From a virus (Duplodnaviria > Caudoviricetes): a stretch of DNA of 54,927 bases. The DNA is taken from IMG/VR virus record IMGVR_UViG_3300020042_012365, positions 1 through 54,927 of that record; one strand, 5' to 3'. The translations under genes and the position numbers were made by a program. Below, piece by piece: positions 39,569 through 48,967 of the stretch. The notes under the pieces are model-generated. The model did no database searches, was not told where the DNA came from, and was given only the letters and a program-made list of their open reading frames with translations. Within the stretch, counting starts at the first letter, position 1. Each line of letters opens with the position of its first letter.

Positions 39569-40210
39569 ATGAGACACGCTAGCTTTCTAAATAAAAAAAT
39601 TTATATCCACCCCGAGGGGGATGTAGTATGTGATAATATTCTTAAAAACATCCCTGTAGAAGAACATTTAGTTCATTTTTTTAATGAATTAATAAAACCT
39701 ACAGACATTATTATAGAAGGTGGAGTTTATGTTGGAATACACACGGTAAGATTCTCAGAATTAGCATATGAAGGACACATATATTCCTTTGAAGCTAGTA
39801 AACGTAATTATGATTTAGCATACAATACAATTATTGATAATAATATTAATAATGTAACTTTAGTAAACAAAGCATTATTTTCTGATAATGCGTATATTTA
39901 TTTAGAAGAGAGCTTTACACCCGATCAAGATTCAGTAACTGTTATCCCCACAAATCAAAAAATAGAAGCAGTAACTATTGATAGTTTAGATTTACCTAAA
40001 GTAGATTTTATAAAATTAGATATTGAAGGAGGAGAAGCCGCCGCTTTAGTGGGTGCTATTAATACAATAAAAAAATTCCATCCTATCATTACCTTTGAAT
40101 ATTTAAAACATTTAAATCATAATTCCCCCATTCCATTTTTAATAGAACAGGGTTATGATGTATTTCAAATTGATGATCATTGGGATTATGTTGCTTTACC
40201 TAAAAAATAA
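39569..40210 (+). CDS. FkbM-family methyltransferase
   Basis: EGG.YVG, FEA, IKLDIEG.E. Confidence 0.85.
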   Translation: MRHASFLNKKIYIHPEGDVVCDNILKNIPVEEHLVHFFNELIKPTDIIIEGGVYVGIHTVRFSELAYEGHIYSFEASKRNYDLAYNTIIDNNINNVTLVNKALFSDNAYIYLEESFTPDQDSVTVIPTNQKIEAVTIDSLDLPKVDFIKLDIEGGEAAALVGAINTIKKFHPIITFEYLKHLNHNSPIPFLIEQGYDVFQIDDHWDYVALPKK

Positions 40211-40216
40211 CCCCCT

Positions 40217-40945
40217 ATGAAAATAATATATAGAATATCAGATGCTGGTTACAATAAAATAAAACCTGATTACGTCAACAATGAATCCTGTTTAAAGAAT
40301 TTTTGCAATGTGTTTTATGACCATATCAATGATATTCATATTATAGCAGATAATTGCAGTGAATCTACAATTGATATGATCAATAAATATATTGATCCTA
40401 CAAATATTAAAAAAATATCTATAGGTCATGGTGCAGGAACATTTAATTTAGCGTTAGATAAAGCGCTAAAATGGGAAGATAATGAAATCGTTTATTTTGT
40501 AGAAAACGATTATATTCATTTACAAGGATCTCCTCAAATACTAGAAGAAGGATTTAAACTTGGAGCCCCATATATGACTTTGTATCTTCACCCTGATAAA
40601 TTTATACCACCATCACAAGGTGGAAATCCGGAAGTAGATGAGGATGGTGGATATTTAACTAGAATATATAGAGGTGAAACTCAATTATTTGGAATGTTTA
40701 ATAGTACAACTATGACGTTTGCTGCCAAAGTAAAAACATTAAAAGATGATGAAGATATTTTAAGAAAATGGACTTCTGAAAAACATCCAAATGATTTTCA
40801 AATGTTTTTAGAACTAAGAGAGAAAGGAAATTCTTTATTATGCCCATTAAATTCCTTTAGTACACATGGAGAAACAGCATGGTTATCCCCACTATATAAA
40901 ATAAAACAAGAAAACCTAATTAAAGAATGGGAAACACACTTATGA
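40217..40945 (+). CDS. Putative GT-A glycosyltransferase
   Basis: YFVENDY.H; cluster context. Confidence 0.55.
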   Translation: MKIIYRISDAGYNKIKPDYVNNESCLKNFCNVFYDHINDIHIIADNCSESTIDMINKYIDPTNIKKISIGHGAGTFNLALDKALKWEDNEIVYFVENDYIHLQGSPQILEEGFKLGAPYMTLYLHPDKFIPPSQGGNPEVDEDGGYLTRIYRGETQLFGMFNSTTMTFAAKVKTLKDDEDILRKWTSEKHPNDFQMFLELREKGNSLLCPLNSFSTHGETAWLSPLYKIKQENLIKEWETHL

Positions 40946-41700
40946 TATCAGTAATCATCCCAACATATAAATCCCCAGATGCTTTAGATTTATGTTTACG
41001 TTCTGCAATTGAAGGCCAACAAAATAAAAACCAAATTATAGTTGTAGTTGATGGATTTTATGATTTAAATAAAGAAGTACTAGAAAAATGGGCTGAACAT
41101 ATTGATGTTCTAAACATGGAAGAAAATGTTGGTCTATGTAGAGGTACTAATCTAGGAGTATATAACGCTCAACACGATAAAATATTAATTGTAAACGATG
41201 ATAATGTATTTCCTAGATTTTGGGATACAACATTAGAAGAAGAATGGGAAGAGGGAGCAGTAATTTCCCCAAACCAAATTGAACCATACCCATCAATATT
41301 CAAACAATTCCATATTGAAAATTTAGGAACAGATATAAAAATATTTGACCTAGAAAAATTTTGGTTATTTGATTACCATTATGCTTCGGGTGATAAAAAA
41401 GAAGAATCTGGTTCAACACTTCCTATATTCATGAACAAATATGATTATTTAAGAGTAGGAGGGTGGGATGAAAATTATGAATTAGGAATGGTAGCTGATT
41501 GGGATTTCTTTTTAAAATGTTCTATTTCAGGATTAAAAATGATTAGAACATGGAATTGCCATTTTTATCACTTTGCTTCAATATCAACAAATGGAGAAAA
41601 AAGACAACAAGCAGAACAAAACGGTCACGAATACGCAAAATATAAGTGGGGTAGTTACATTATGCACCACCCGGATACAAACCAAAAATTTATACTTTAA
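40942..41700 (+). CDS. GT2 glycosyltransferase
   Basis: ISVIIPTY, VVVDG, NDD, GGWDE. Confidence 0.85.
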   Translation: MISVIIPTYKSPDALDLCLRSAIEGQQNKNQIIVVVDGFYDLNKEVLEKWAEHIDVLNMEENVGLCRGTNLGVYNAQHDKILIVNDDNVFPRFWDTTLEEEWEEGAVISPNQIEPYPSIFKQFHIENLGTDIKIFDLEKFWLFDYHYASGDKKEESGSTLPIFMNKYDYLRVGGWDENYELGMVADWDFFLKCSISGLKMIRTWNCHFYHFASISTNGEKRQQAEQNGHEYAKYKWGSYIMHHPDTNQKFIL

Positions 41701-42549
41701 ATGGAAAAAATAGGAGTTATAGGACAAGGATTCGTTGGATCAGCAGTGCGTGAAGGAATGAAAAATTATTATGATATTAGAACATTTGATCTTAATGATA
41801 ATTGTAATGAATTATCACTTAATGACCTTATTAATCAAGTAAATGAAACTTTTTTATGTGTCCCCACCCCCATGAGAAAAACAGGAGAATGTGATTTATC
41901 AATTGTAAAAGAATGTCTTAATAAGATTTCGGCTATAGTTGAATATTATCATAAAAATGATTTTATTGTAATTATCAAATCAACAATCCCTCCAGGCACT
42001 ACAGAAAAATTAAACCAAGAATTTAAAAATATTCATATTGCTTTTAACCCAGAATTTTTAACTGAAGCAAATGCTATAGAAGATTATAAAAATCAAAATA
42101 GAATAATTGTAGGAGCAGATAGACCATATTCATCCCGTGTAAAACAAATATTTGCTAAGGCATTTCCTAAAGTACCAATCATTAAAACTTCTTCTACAAT
42201 TGCAGAAACCATTAAATATGTTACCAATACATTTTTATCAATGAAAGTTTCTTATGCTAATGAAGTATACCAATTATGTAATGCTTTAGAAATTGATTAT
42301 GATAAAGTAATTGAATATGCACGATATGATGATCGTTTAGGTAATTCACATTGGTCTGTTCCTGGTCCGGATGGGGATTTTGGTTATGGAGGACATTGTT
42401 TTCCAAAAGATATTGCTGCATTATCATATGTATTGAATGAATTAAACATAGATGCAACTATGCTTAAAGCAACAATATCTAAAAACACAATGGTCCGAAC
42501 CAATAAAGATTGGGAAAAACAAATTGGGCGAGCCGTTTCAAAAGATTAA
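41701..42549 (+). CDS. UDP-glucose/GDP-mannose dehydrogenase family protein (short form)
   Basis: GQGFVG, CVPTP, KSTIPPG, NPEFL, GYGGHCFPKD. Confidence 0.88.
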   Translation: MEKIGVIGQGFVGSAVREGMKNYYDIRTFDLNDNCNELSLNDLINQVNETFLCVPTPMRKTGECDLSIVKECLNKISAIVEYYHKNDFIVIIKSTIPPGTTEKLNQEFKNIHIAFNPEFLTEANAIEDYKNQNRIIVGADRPYSSRVKQIFAKAFPKVPIIKTSSTIAETIKYVTNTFLSMKVSYANEVYQLCNALEIDYDKVIEYARYDDRLGNSHWSVPGPDGDFGYGGHCFPKDIAALSYVLNELNIDATMLKATISKNTMVRTNKDWEKQIGRAVSKD

Positions 42550-42572
42550 TTCTTTATAACACACCACACCTA

Positions 42573-42746
42573 ATGAGACTATATATATACTATAACAAGA
42601 ATGATAAAACTAAGGAACCACAGGGTAAATTAGAGGCAATTAATTTAGAAGATGCCATTTTGATAGCATCACATGTTAAAGATATGAGTATACAAGATTT
42701 TTTAACTGTTTTTAAAGTAGAAGAACGTGAGCGAAGAAAAATTTAA
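42573..42746 (+). CDS. Hypothetical protein (start revised to 42573)
   Basis: First ATG after the upstream stop. Confidence 0.5.
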   Translation: MRLYIYYNKNDKTKEPQGKLEAINLEDAILIASHVKDMSIQDFLTVFKVEERERRKI

Positions 42747-43113
42747 GAACCTATCGGACCTAATGGGGAAGAATGTTAAGGCTACCGAAAGTGAAAAATC
42801 TAAGAAAAAACGTGAAGAAAAATTTTTCGTGGAATTGATGGATATACTTTGCCAAATTGAAGCATATTCCAAAGTAGCGGAGACACTAGGTATAAACCTA
42901 ACAAATTATGAAAACAACCATTTTCAAGCAATTGAAATGTTATTAGAGAAAATATATGGTGAGTTTGCTACAACAGTAACAATATGGTGGATATTTGAAA
43001 GTTTAAAACCAGATGGAGATGTTTATCCATTAATAGATGAAAACGGGGTGAAACACGTAATTAACACACCCTTACAATTATATAAATTTATAAAACAAAA
43101 TGATAGAAAATAG
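42727..43113 (+). CDS. Hypothetical protein
   Basis: GTG start; overlaps neighbours. Confidence 0.6.
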   Translation: MSEEKFKNLSDLMGKNVKATESEKSKKKREEKFFVELMDILCQIEAYSKVAETLGINLTNYENNHFQAIEMLLEKIYGEFATTVTIWWIFESLKPDGDVYPLIDENGVKHVINTPLQLYKFIKQNDRK

Positions 43114-43417
43114 AAAATGCATTAAATGTAGAGAGGACATTAATCCACTACGTTTAAAAGCTTTACCAACAGCAAAAACTTGTGTTGATTGTTCAACAAC
43201 AGGGGCAAAACGAGGAGTACCAATGATGTTTGGTGAAAAAGACCACACGTGGACAGATATGGTAATTATGGATTCGGATGAATTTGATAGATTCGAAAAA
43301 CAACAAAGCCAAGCAGTATCATTTGATATTCTAGATAAAACAGAAATGAATGATGATGATGATGATGAAGTGAGTGAGTGGGATAATACATTATTAGACG
43401 GATTAGAAAACCTATAA
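43100..43417 (+). CDS. DksA/TraR C4 zinc-finger protein with acidic tail
   Basis: CIKC...I...RL.ALP....CVDC. Confidence 0.8.
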   Translation: MIENRKCIKCREDINPLRLKALPTAKTCVDCSTTGAKRGVPMMFGEKDHTWTDMVIMDSDEFDRFEKQQSQAVSFDILDKTEMNDDDDDEVSEWDNTLLDGLENL

Positions 43418-43418
43418 T

Positions 43419-44072
43419 ATGGCACGCGCAAAACCTATATCAAAAGAGGATGTATTGCGAGCAATGAAGCAAACAAGATCTGTAATGTCGGCAGCACGAT
43501 ATTTAAATTGTTCTTATCAACATTTGAAACCGTTTATGAAGGCATATAAAGATGAGGAAACTGGAATGTCCTTGTTTGATTTACATAAAAACCAATGTGG
43601 AAAAGGTATTCCAAAATTTATGAGCAATAGCCCATTTGGAAAAAAAATACCTGCAATTGAGGAAATCGTAAATGGAAACGCGGACCCATCACCATTCACT
43701 CCAGATAAACTGAAGTTTAAAATGGTTGAGGGTGGTTATATGGTTGAGGAATGTTATTGGTGTGGGTTTAATGAGAAAAGGGAAATTGATGGAAAAATAC
43801 CATTAATTATGTTTTTTAAAGATACTAACAAACATAACTTTAAAGACGGAAACGCACAATTATCGTGCTATAACTGCTATTTTATACGTTTAGGAAACGT
43901 TTTCACTGAACGGGATATGGAGTCGTTGGAAGGTCATCAAACCGTTTATAAAACGACAGATGCAATTGATTTTAAATTAGATGATTTTCATATGAAACAA
44001 TTAGATGAATTAGGGTTAAGAGACAAACGAGTAGAAGATGATCCTTATTCTTTAGTTTCAAGGAAGGGATAA
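43419..44072 (+). CDS. HTH plus degenerate HNH-like Zn-binding protein
   Basis: S..SAARYL..SY HTH; CYWC ... N ... CYNC. Confidence 0.6.
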   Translation: MARAKPISKEDVLRAMKQTRSVMSAARYLNCSYQHLKPFMKAYKDEETGMSLFDLHKNQCGKGIPKFMSNSPFGKKIPAIEEIVNGNADPSPFTPDKLKFKMVEGGYMVEECYWCGFNEKREIDGKIPLIMFFKDTNKHNFKDGNAQLSCYNCYFIRLGNVFTERDMESLEGHQTVYKTTDAIDFKLDDFHMKQLDELGLRDKRVEDDPYSLVSRKG

Positions 44073-44086
44073 TATTTATAAGTAAG

Positions 44087-44242
44087 ATGAAGCAGAAGAA
44101 ACATAATAAAATAGTCAAAGACTATGATAAGCAGAAGGAAAAACATCTTGAAAAGTTAGCAACAAAAATGTTGTCTAACGATGAAAAGCTTAGTAAATTG
44201 AAGGGGAAAGATATTAATACTAATTTTTTAAATTTATTTTGA
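44087..44242 (+). CDS. Small basic protein (51 aa, ends NFLNLF), not in ORF track
   Basis: Translated by hand; AATATTTATAA immediately upstream. Confidence 0.6.
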   Translation: MKQKKHNKIVKDYDKQKEKHLEKLATKMLSNDEKLSKLKGKDINTNFLNLF

Positions 44243-44243
44243 C

Positions 44244-44549
44244 ATGGCAACGGAAATTAGTGTATTTGATAGTGATGAATTTGAGGAATTAGTTTCAAAT
44301 CGTGATGTAAGGATTTCCAAAGCATTGGTTGAAACCATCTTGAAGAATCTTAAAGGTAGAAAAAGACATCTACATGCCTTATCTGTTTTAGTAGAACAAG
44401 AACAGACTATTTATGATATAACAGTAGATAGAGAAGAATTTATAACAACACTAAATCAAAATTTACCTGTATTAGAAGAAAATGAAGATTATGAAACATG
44501 TGCTGATATAATTAAGGCCATAAGTTTTTTAAAAGGTACTAAAAAATAA
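44244..44549 (+). CDS. Hypothetical protein with C-terminal UVR-like motif
   Basis: ENEDYETCADI. Confidence 0.55.
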   Translation: MATEISVFDSDEFEELVSNRDVRISKALVETILKNLKGRKRHLHALSVLVEQEQTIYDITVDREEFITTLNQNLPVLEENEDYETCADIIKAISFLKGTKK

Positions 44550-44550
44550 A

Positions 44551-44580
44551 TTTGGCTCCTTAAAAAAGTTTTCGTATATT
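44551..44580 (+). promoter_or_regulatory. Promoter TTTGG...TTCGTATATT
   Basis: Exact motif at 44571. Confidence 0.7.
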
Positions 44581-44596
44581 AAATGAAAAATAGGTT

Positions 44597-45055
44597 ATGT
44601 TAAAGGAATTATATTTAGAGTTTGAAGATGGTCGAAAAGAACGAAATATTATCCACCTTAATCCCGGTGAACAGGTAAAAATATATCCCCAACGAGATAA
44701 AATTGTAATTAGCAATTGTAAATCATTCAAATATCAAGTAGAAAAACATCCATATTTATGTGTCGCTATTGCTAATTTTGGAGGTGAATATAAAATTATG
44801 CCTGCAGGTGTATCTTGTATTCCGGGAACAACATTAAATGATATTGAGGTAATTAACAATCTTATCCCAAAAGAACCAGCAACACCAAGAGAAAAACACA
44901 CCTGGAAATTTAAATCATCAAGTTCCGATAGTACTTATGTTGTAAGGGAAAATTGGGGTAAATTAAGATGTGATTGTATGGGAAGCTGGAGATCAAAAGA
45001 TAGAAAATGTAAACATATAAAAGAAGTAGAACAAGAATTAAATAAACAAAAATGA
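44597..45055 (+). CDS. SWIM zinc-finger protein
   Basis: Y.V...CDC.G......CKH. Confidence 0.7.
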   Translation: MLKELYLEFEDGRKERNIIHLNPGEQVKIYPQRDKIVISNCKSFKYQVEKHPYLCVAIANFGGEYKIMPAGVSCIPGTTLNDIEVINNLIPKEPATPREKHTWKFKSSSSDSTYVVRENWGKLRCDCMGSWRSKDRKCKHIKEVEQELNKQK

Positions 45056-45145
45056 GTAAAAATAGTACAAAACAAAATACAGAACAATTAAAAAGTTGGG
45101 TTAGTTGGGTAAAAACTAAAGTTACCAAGAAAAAATAACCAAAAT

Positions 45146-45217
45146 GGTCCCATCGTCTAACGGTTAGGACATCAGGTTTTCATCCTGGAAATCGGAGTTC
45201 GATTCTCCGTGGGACTA
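45146..45217 (+). tRNA. tRNA-Glu(TTC), no encoded CCA
   Basis: GGTCCCA/TGGGACT acceptor, TCAGG-TTTTCAT-CCTGG anticodon arm, CGGAG-TTCGATT-CTCCG T arm. Confidence 0.9.
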
Positions 45218-45276
45218 CGCAAAAAACATTGGATGGAGTTTCCTTGCCGCAAGGTGGGTTTTATAAGTTCAAATAC

Positions 45277-45350
45277 ACGTCTGTAGCTCCAATTGGTAGA
45301 GCATCGGATTCCAAATCCGAGTGTTAGTGGTTCGAATCCATTCAGGCGTG
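45277..45350 (+). tRNA. tRNA-Trp(CCA), no encoded CCA end
   Basis: ACGTCTG/CAGGCGT acceptor, GCTC/GAGC D stem, TCGGA-TTCCAAA-TCCGA, AGTGG-TTCGAAT-CCATT. Confidence 0.9.
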
Positions 45351-45389
45351 CAAACGTAGGAGTTCTTTGACATATTAAATTTAGAAAAC

Positions 45390-45776
45390 ATGATAGAAAT
45401 AACATCATTTGTTTTAGGTATGCTTACAGTTGGAGTAGCATTAATGCTAATCACTTTAGTTGCAGGTATAGTTAAGATAAATAAACTAGAAAAACAAAAA
45501 AATCACAATGAAAAACAATTTGAACAAGTATATGATAATATGTGTCGCCAAGATAATGAGGTAAGACAGTTACTTGATAGTACAAATCGTGACATCAATA
45601 TGGTTGAAAAAACAATAATGAATCACATACACCAAATAGATGAAATTCATCGAAAGATAGAAGACAATATTCATCGTGATGTTGAAGAAACACGTCGATA
45701 TATTGATTCTAGAATCGATAAGGTAGTAGCATCTGGGGTATTAAAAGAACCCAAACGCCAAATAATAAACGGATAA
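45390..45776 (+). CDS. Membrane-anchored coiled-coil protein
   Basis: N-terminal TM helix followed by heptad-like region ending YIDSRIDK. Confidence 0.7.
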   Translation: MIEITSFVLGMLTVGVALMLITLVAGIVKINKLEKQKNHNEKQFEQVYDNMCRQDNEVRQLLDSTNRDINMVEKTIMNHIHQIDEIHRKIEDNIHRDVEETRRYIDSRIDKVVASGVLKEPKRQIING

Positions 45777-45828
45777 CATTAAATAGTAATTAACCCGTCA
45801 AAACATCCTACGTTTTTTTCTAAAAATA

Positions 45829-45858
45829 TTAGGTTTTCTAAAAAATTTTTCGTATATT
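45829..45858 (+). promoter_or_regulatory. Promoter TTAGG...TTCGTATATT
   Basis: Exact motif at 45849. Confidence 0.7.
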
Positions 45859-45877
45859 TAAGTAAATTAAAAAAGTT

Positions 45878-45964
45878 ATGGAAATTATAAAAAAGAAAGC
45901 AATCCCAATTGTAGTAATAAGCTGGTTCATACTAATTTCAATATTTGCAATTATATACGGCTAA
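45878..45964 (+). CDS. 28-aa membrane peptide
   Basis: AAAAGTT-ATG after promoter; MEIIKKKAIPIVVISWFILISIFAIIYG. Confidence 0.5.
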   Translation: MEIIKKKAIPIVVISWFILISIFAIIYG

Positions 45965-45973
45965 AACAAAAAA

Positions 45974-46690
45974 ATGAAGGTTACACTAATTTCAGACACA
46001 CATACAAAACATAAACAACTGAAGGGTGATTTGCCTGGAGGTGATTTATTGATTCATGCAGGTGATTTTATGAATTCAGGTTATGATAAAACTGAGGCAA
46101 CTGAATTTTTTGAGTGGTTTGATGCAATAGACAACTACGATGACAAAATATTTATCGCAGGTAACCATGATCGAATCATGCAGAATGAACCTGAATGGGC
46201 TCAAGGTATATTAACAGGTTATAAAACAATTGATTATCTACAAGACGAGCAAGTTACATTATACTATGACGGACATAATGGAGATTTCCCAGAAGACAAT
46301 GTTCGCATCTATGGTTCACCTTGGCAACCGGAGTTTTATAATTGGGCATTTAATTTACCTCGTAATGGAGAGAGATTAAAAGCAAAATGGGATGCTATCC
46401 CAACTAACACAGATATTTTAATTACACACGGACCCGCTTTTGGTACATTAGATGATGTTGAAGGTCGTCGAGGACAGCATTTAGGTTGTGAGTTGCTAGC
46501 AGAGCATATCAATACAGTTGCTCGCCCAAAGATTCATGTATGTGGACACATTCATTCAGGACACGGATATTATTTTGATGGGCAAACACATTACTTCAAT
46601 GCTTCAATTTTAAATGAACGATACAATTATACAAATAAGCCATTCAACTTTGAATGGGACCAAGCAACTAATGAAATACAATTTATATGA
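45974..46690 (+). CDS. Calcineurin-like metallophosphoesterase
   Basis: SDTH, HAGD, GNHD, THGP, GHIH. Confidence 0.9.
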   Translation: MKVTLISDTHTKHKQLKGDLPGGDLLIHAGDFMNSGYDKTEATEFFEWFDAIDNYDDKIFIAGNHDRIMQNEPEWAQGILTGYKTIDYLQDEQVTLYYDGHNGDFPEDNVRIYGSPWQPEFYNWAFNLPRNGERLKAKWDAIPTNTDILITHGPAFGTLDDVEGRRGQHLGCELLAEHINTVARPKIHVCGHIHSGHGYYFDGQTHYFNASILNERYNYTNKPFNFEWDQATNEIQFI

Positions 46691-46950
46691 AAACATTTAA
46701 AGATTTAGAATTTATTGAACTTGATCAATACATGAATGGAGTTGCTGCTCGAATCATGTTTAAAAACGGATACGGTGTATCTGTTGTGTGTCATTCATTT
46801 TCATATGGTGGTAAAAATGGATTATATGAATTAGCAGTACTTAATACTGATGGAGAAATTACATACGACACTGATGTTACCAATGATGTTATAGGTCATT
46901 TAACCCCTGAAAAAGTAACTGAAACAATGGCATTTATACAAGTACTATGA
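46687..46950 (+). CDS. Hypothetical phage protein
   Basis: F.NGYG.SV...SYGG..GLYELAV pattern. Confidence 0.65.
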   Translation: MKTFKDLEFIELDQYMNGVAARIMFKNGYGVSVVCHSFSYGGKNGLYELAVLNTDGEITYDTDVTNDVIGHLTPEKVTETMAFIQVL

Positions 46951-47141
46951 AACAAAAAGTATTAATTAAATTAGCCGGTTCAGATATATACAATAAACAT
47001 ATTAAAATAAATCCTGCTAAATTAACTAATATTATGAAATTCCCTAAAGAAGTGTTTGCTGACATAGATGGAATTCGTATAGTAATATTAAGAGAAGAAT
47101 ATGAAGAACTAATTAAAAAACATGAAAGAACTAAAATTTAG
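46947..47141 (+). CDS. Hypothetical protein
   Basis: ORF in overlapping chain. Confidence 0.5.
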   Translation: MKQKVLIKLAGSDIYNKHIKINPAKLTNIMKFPKEVFADIDGIRIVILREEYEELIKKHERTKI

Positions 47142-47316
47142 TAAAACAAAATTAAATCTTTGGACAGTGCTTCCAAATGGGAAATATAAATTGGTTAAAA
47201 TACCAATGAAATACAAGGCAAAATACCTTGAACGTTTTTCAACACTTATAGTACATCCAACCGAAGTTATAGAAACTTGGTTATATAAACAAAAACAAAT
47301 ATATTACGCAAAATGA
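47122..47316 (+). CDS. Hypothetical protein
   Basis: ORF in overlapping chain. Confidence 0.5.
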   Translation: MKELKFSKTKLNLWTVLPNGKYKLVKIPMKYKAKYLERFSTLIVHPTEVIETWLYKQKQIYYAK

Positions 47317-47552
47317 GTAAAATAACAATTGAATTTAACGGAGAGGATGCAGCTGATGATGCTAGAACAGCATTGGATGGATACAAATGGAAAGCAGCTA
47401 TGTGGGATCTAGACCAAGAACTTAGAGCATGCATCAAATATGGATCTTTCGAAGGAAGAGAAGCTACAGCTGCTGAAGCAGATGTGGCAGATGCATTAAG
47501 AGACTCTATTAGACGAATATTAAACGAATGGAAATTAAACATAGAAGACTAA
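47313..47552 (+). CDS. Hypothetical protein
   Basis: ORF in overlapping chain. Confidence 0.6.
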   Translation: MSKITIEFNGEDAADDARTALDGYKWKAAMWDLDQELRACIKYGSFEGREATAAEADVADALRDSIRRILNEWKLNIED

Positions 47553-47553
47553 C

Positions 47554-47949
47554 ATGAACCATCCACAACAAGATAAAACCCCAGTAACATTAGATGCTAA
47601 TAGTAATCTAAATATGGATCAACTCGAAGCTCTAGCAGGATTAATAACCCAAGGTAAACCTAATTGGAAACTTGTTAAGACTCAAGATCTTCTTTATCCT
47701 AATAGGAAGGGAGATAGCCTGACTAAACATTCAGTTGACATACTTTGGATTGAATGGAATGAAAATGGAACTTTCAAAGCAAAGCATGAAAACTTTGCTA
47801 TAGGTCGTTCATTATTGATGTCGCCATTTAATGAATTCTTTACTTGGCAAACAACACCAATTACAAAGATAATTGCAGCAACTGCAGATTTATCTTATAT
47901 TAAGTTTGAAACCGAAAACAGTGAATACATGTTAACTAAAATAATATAA
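47554..47949 (+). CDS. Hypothetical protein
   Basis: ORF track; FTWQTT...F.T.NS.Y. Confidence 0.6.
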   Translation: MNHPQQDKTPVTLDANSNLNMDQLEALAGLITQGKPNWKLVKTQDLLYPNRKGDSLTKHSVDILWIEWNENGTFKAKHENFAIGRSLLMSPFNEFFTWQTTPITKIIAATADLSYIKFETENSEYMLTKII

Positions 47950-47950
47950 A

Positions 47951-48097
47951 ATGAAAAATCAAATTTGGAATAATATAATTCATATTTTAGCGGGTATAAC
48001 GTTAGGATATTGTTTATTTGCATGTAAGTCATCTAAAGCTGGATGTGATGCATATACACAAAAAACTGAAATCAATGAAAATAGATCAAGTAAATAA
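47951..48097 (+). CDS. Small lipoprotein-like peptide (48 aa), not in ORF track
   Basis: Hydrophobic stretch ending LFA-C, then CDAY. Confidence 0.5.
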   Translation: MKNQIWNNIIHILAGITLGYCLFACKSSKAGCDAYTQKTEINENRSSK

Positions 48098-48108
48098 ATT
48101 ACCATAAC

Positions 48109-48348
48109 ATGAAACATTGGTATAAACATAACAATCAACATTATATTGTACACCGAGATATTTTAATATCATCATTCACTAATAAAGAAGGAATTATCAA
48201 TTTAGAAGGTGTTAAATTATGGAGAGATGGATTATCATTTGTTGATCATGTGTTAAGAACAGATACACATTTTTTATTCGTAGAAACTATACAAGATGCA
48301 GAAATTATTGAAGAAAATCAAGAAATGGTGGAAGAGGCACATAGCTGA
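48109..48348 (+). CDS. Hypothetical protein
   Basis: ORF track. Confidence 0.55.
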   Translation: MKHWYKHNNQHYIVHRDILISSFTNKEGIINLEGVKLWRDGLSFVDHVLRTDTHFLFVETIQDAEIIEENQEMVEEAHS

Positions 48349-48397
48349 TAATTGCCCAGAACATTTAAATGATATATTTTAAAAACAAAAATAACAT

Positions 48398-48655
48398 ATG
48401 ATATCACCTCAATCGATTCGAAAAGGAATCACAATTAAATTTGACAATGTAGTTGTTGATAAAGCAATTATAATCAAAGCAAGTGAAGAATGGAAAGAAA
48501 ACCATGAAACACTATTCAAAAAGTTATTAAAACAAGGTGGATCATTTAAAATCAATGGAATATTGGTTGATGTTAAACCAGCAGACAAAAACCTAACATC
48601 CCGAGGTGAAATGGATGGAGGTATTCAAAAAGTAGACCCTCTTGCAAGATTCTAA
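48398..48655 (+). CDS. Hypothetical protein
   Basis: ORF track. Confidence 0.55.
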   Translation: MISPQSIRKGITIKFDNVVVDKAIIIKASEEWKENHETLFKKLLKQGGSFKINGILVDVKPADKNLTSRGEMDGGIQKVDPLARF

Positions 48656-48688
48656 GGAATAGGATTCCCAAAATATTTTTCGTATATT
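48654..48688 (+). promoter_or_regulatory. Promoter AAGGAATA...TTCGTATATT
   Basis: Exact motif at 48679. Confidence 0.7.
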
Positions 48689-48706
48689 CCCTGAAAATAA
48701 AGGAAA

Positions 48707-48913
48707 ATGGAAATTTTATGTGGAAAAAATAAAACAATACCAGAACCAACATTCATAGTACTGAATGAGATGGCTCAGGTATTTTGTGGTTTACAAGGTG
48801 GTTATCCACAATTTAGTGATTTTTTTGATGATGCTAAACCATTAGTAAACGATGAACAAGTAAAGATGATTCAAAAAGGGACTTCGTTTAAATTAGAAAA
48901 ATGTTTTCCATAA
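48707..48913 (+). CDS. Hypothetical protein
   Basis: Follows promoter. Confidence 0.55.
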   Translation: MEILCGKNKTIPEPTFIVLNEMAQVFCGLQGGYPQFSDFFDDAKPLVNDEQVKMIQKGTSFKLEKCFP

Positions 48914-48947
48914 GGGAATAAGAAATCAAAGAAAGAATTCGTATATT
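48912..48947 (+). promoter_or_regulatory. Promoter AAGGGAATA...TTCGTATATT
   Basis: Exact motif at 48938. Confidence 0.7.
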
Positions 48948-48967
48948 ATAGTATAAATTAAGAAAAT

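Noticed and set aside
45242-45254. Small hairpin CCTTGCCGCAAGG between the tRNAs
   Set aside because: Too short to support a separate RNA; at most a spacer processing structure
45172-45454. Minus-strand ORFs 45172-45408 and 45269-45454
   Set aside because: Antisense to two well-formed tRNAs
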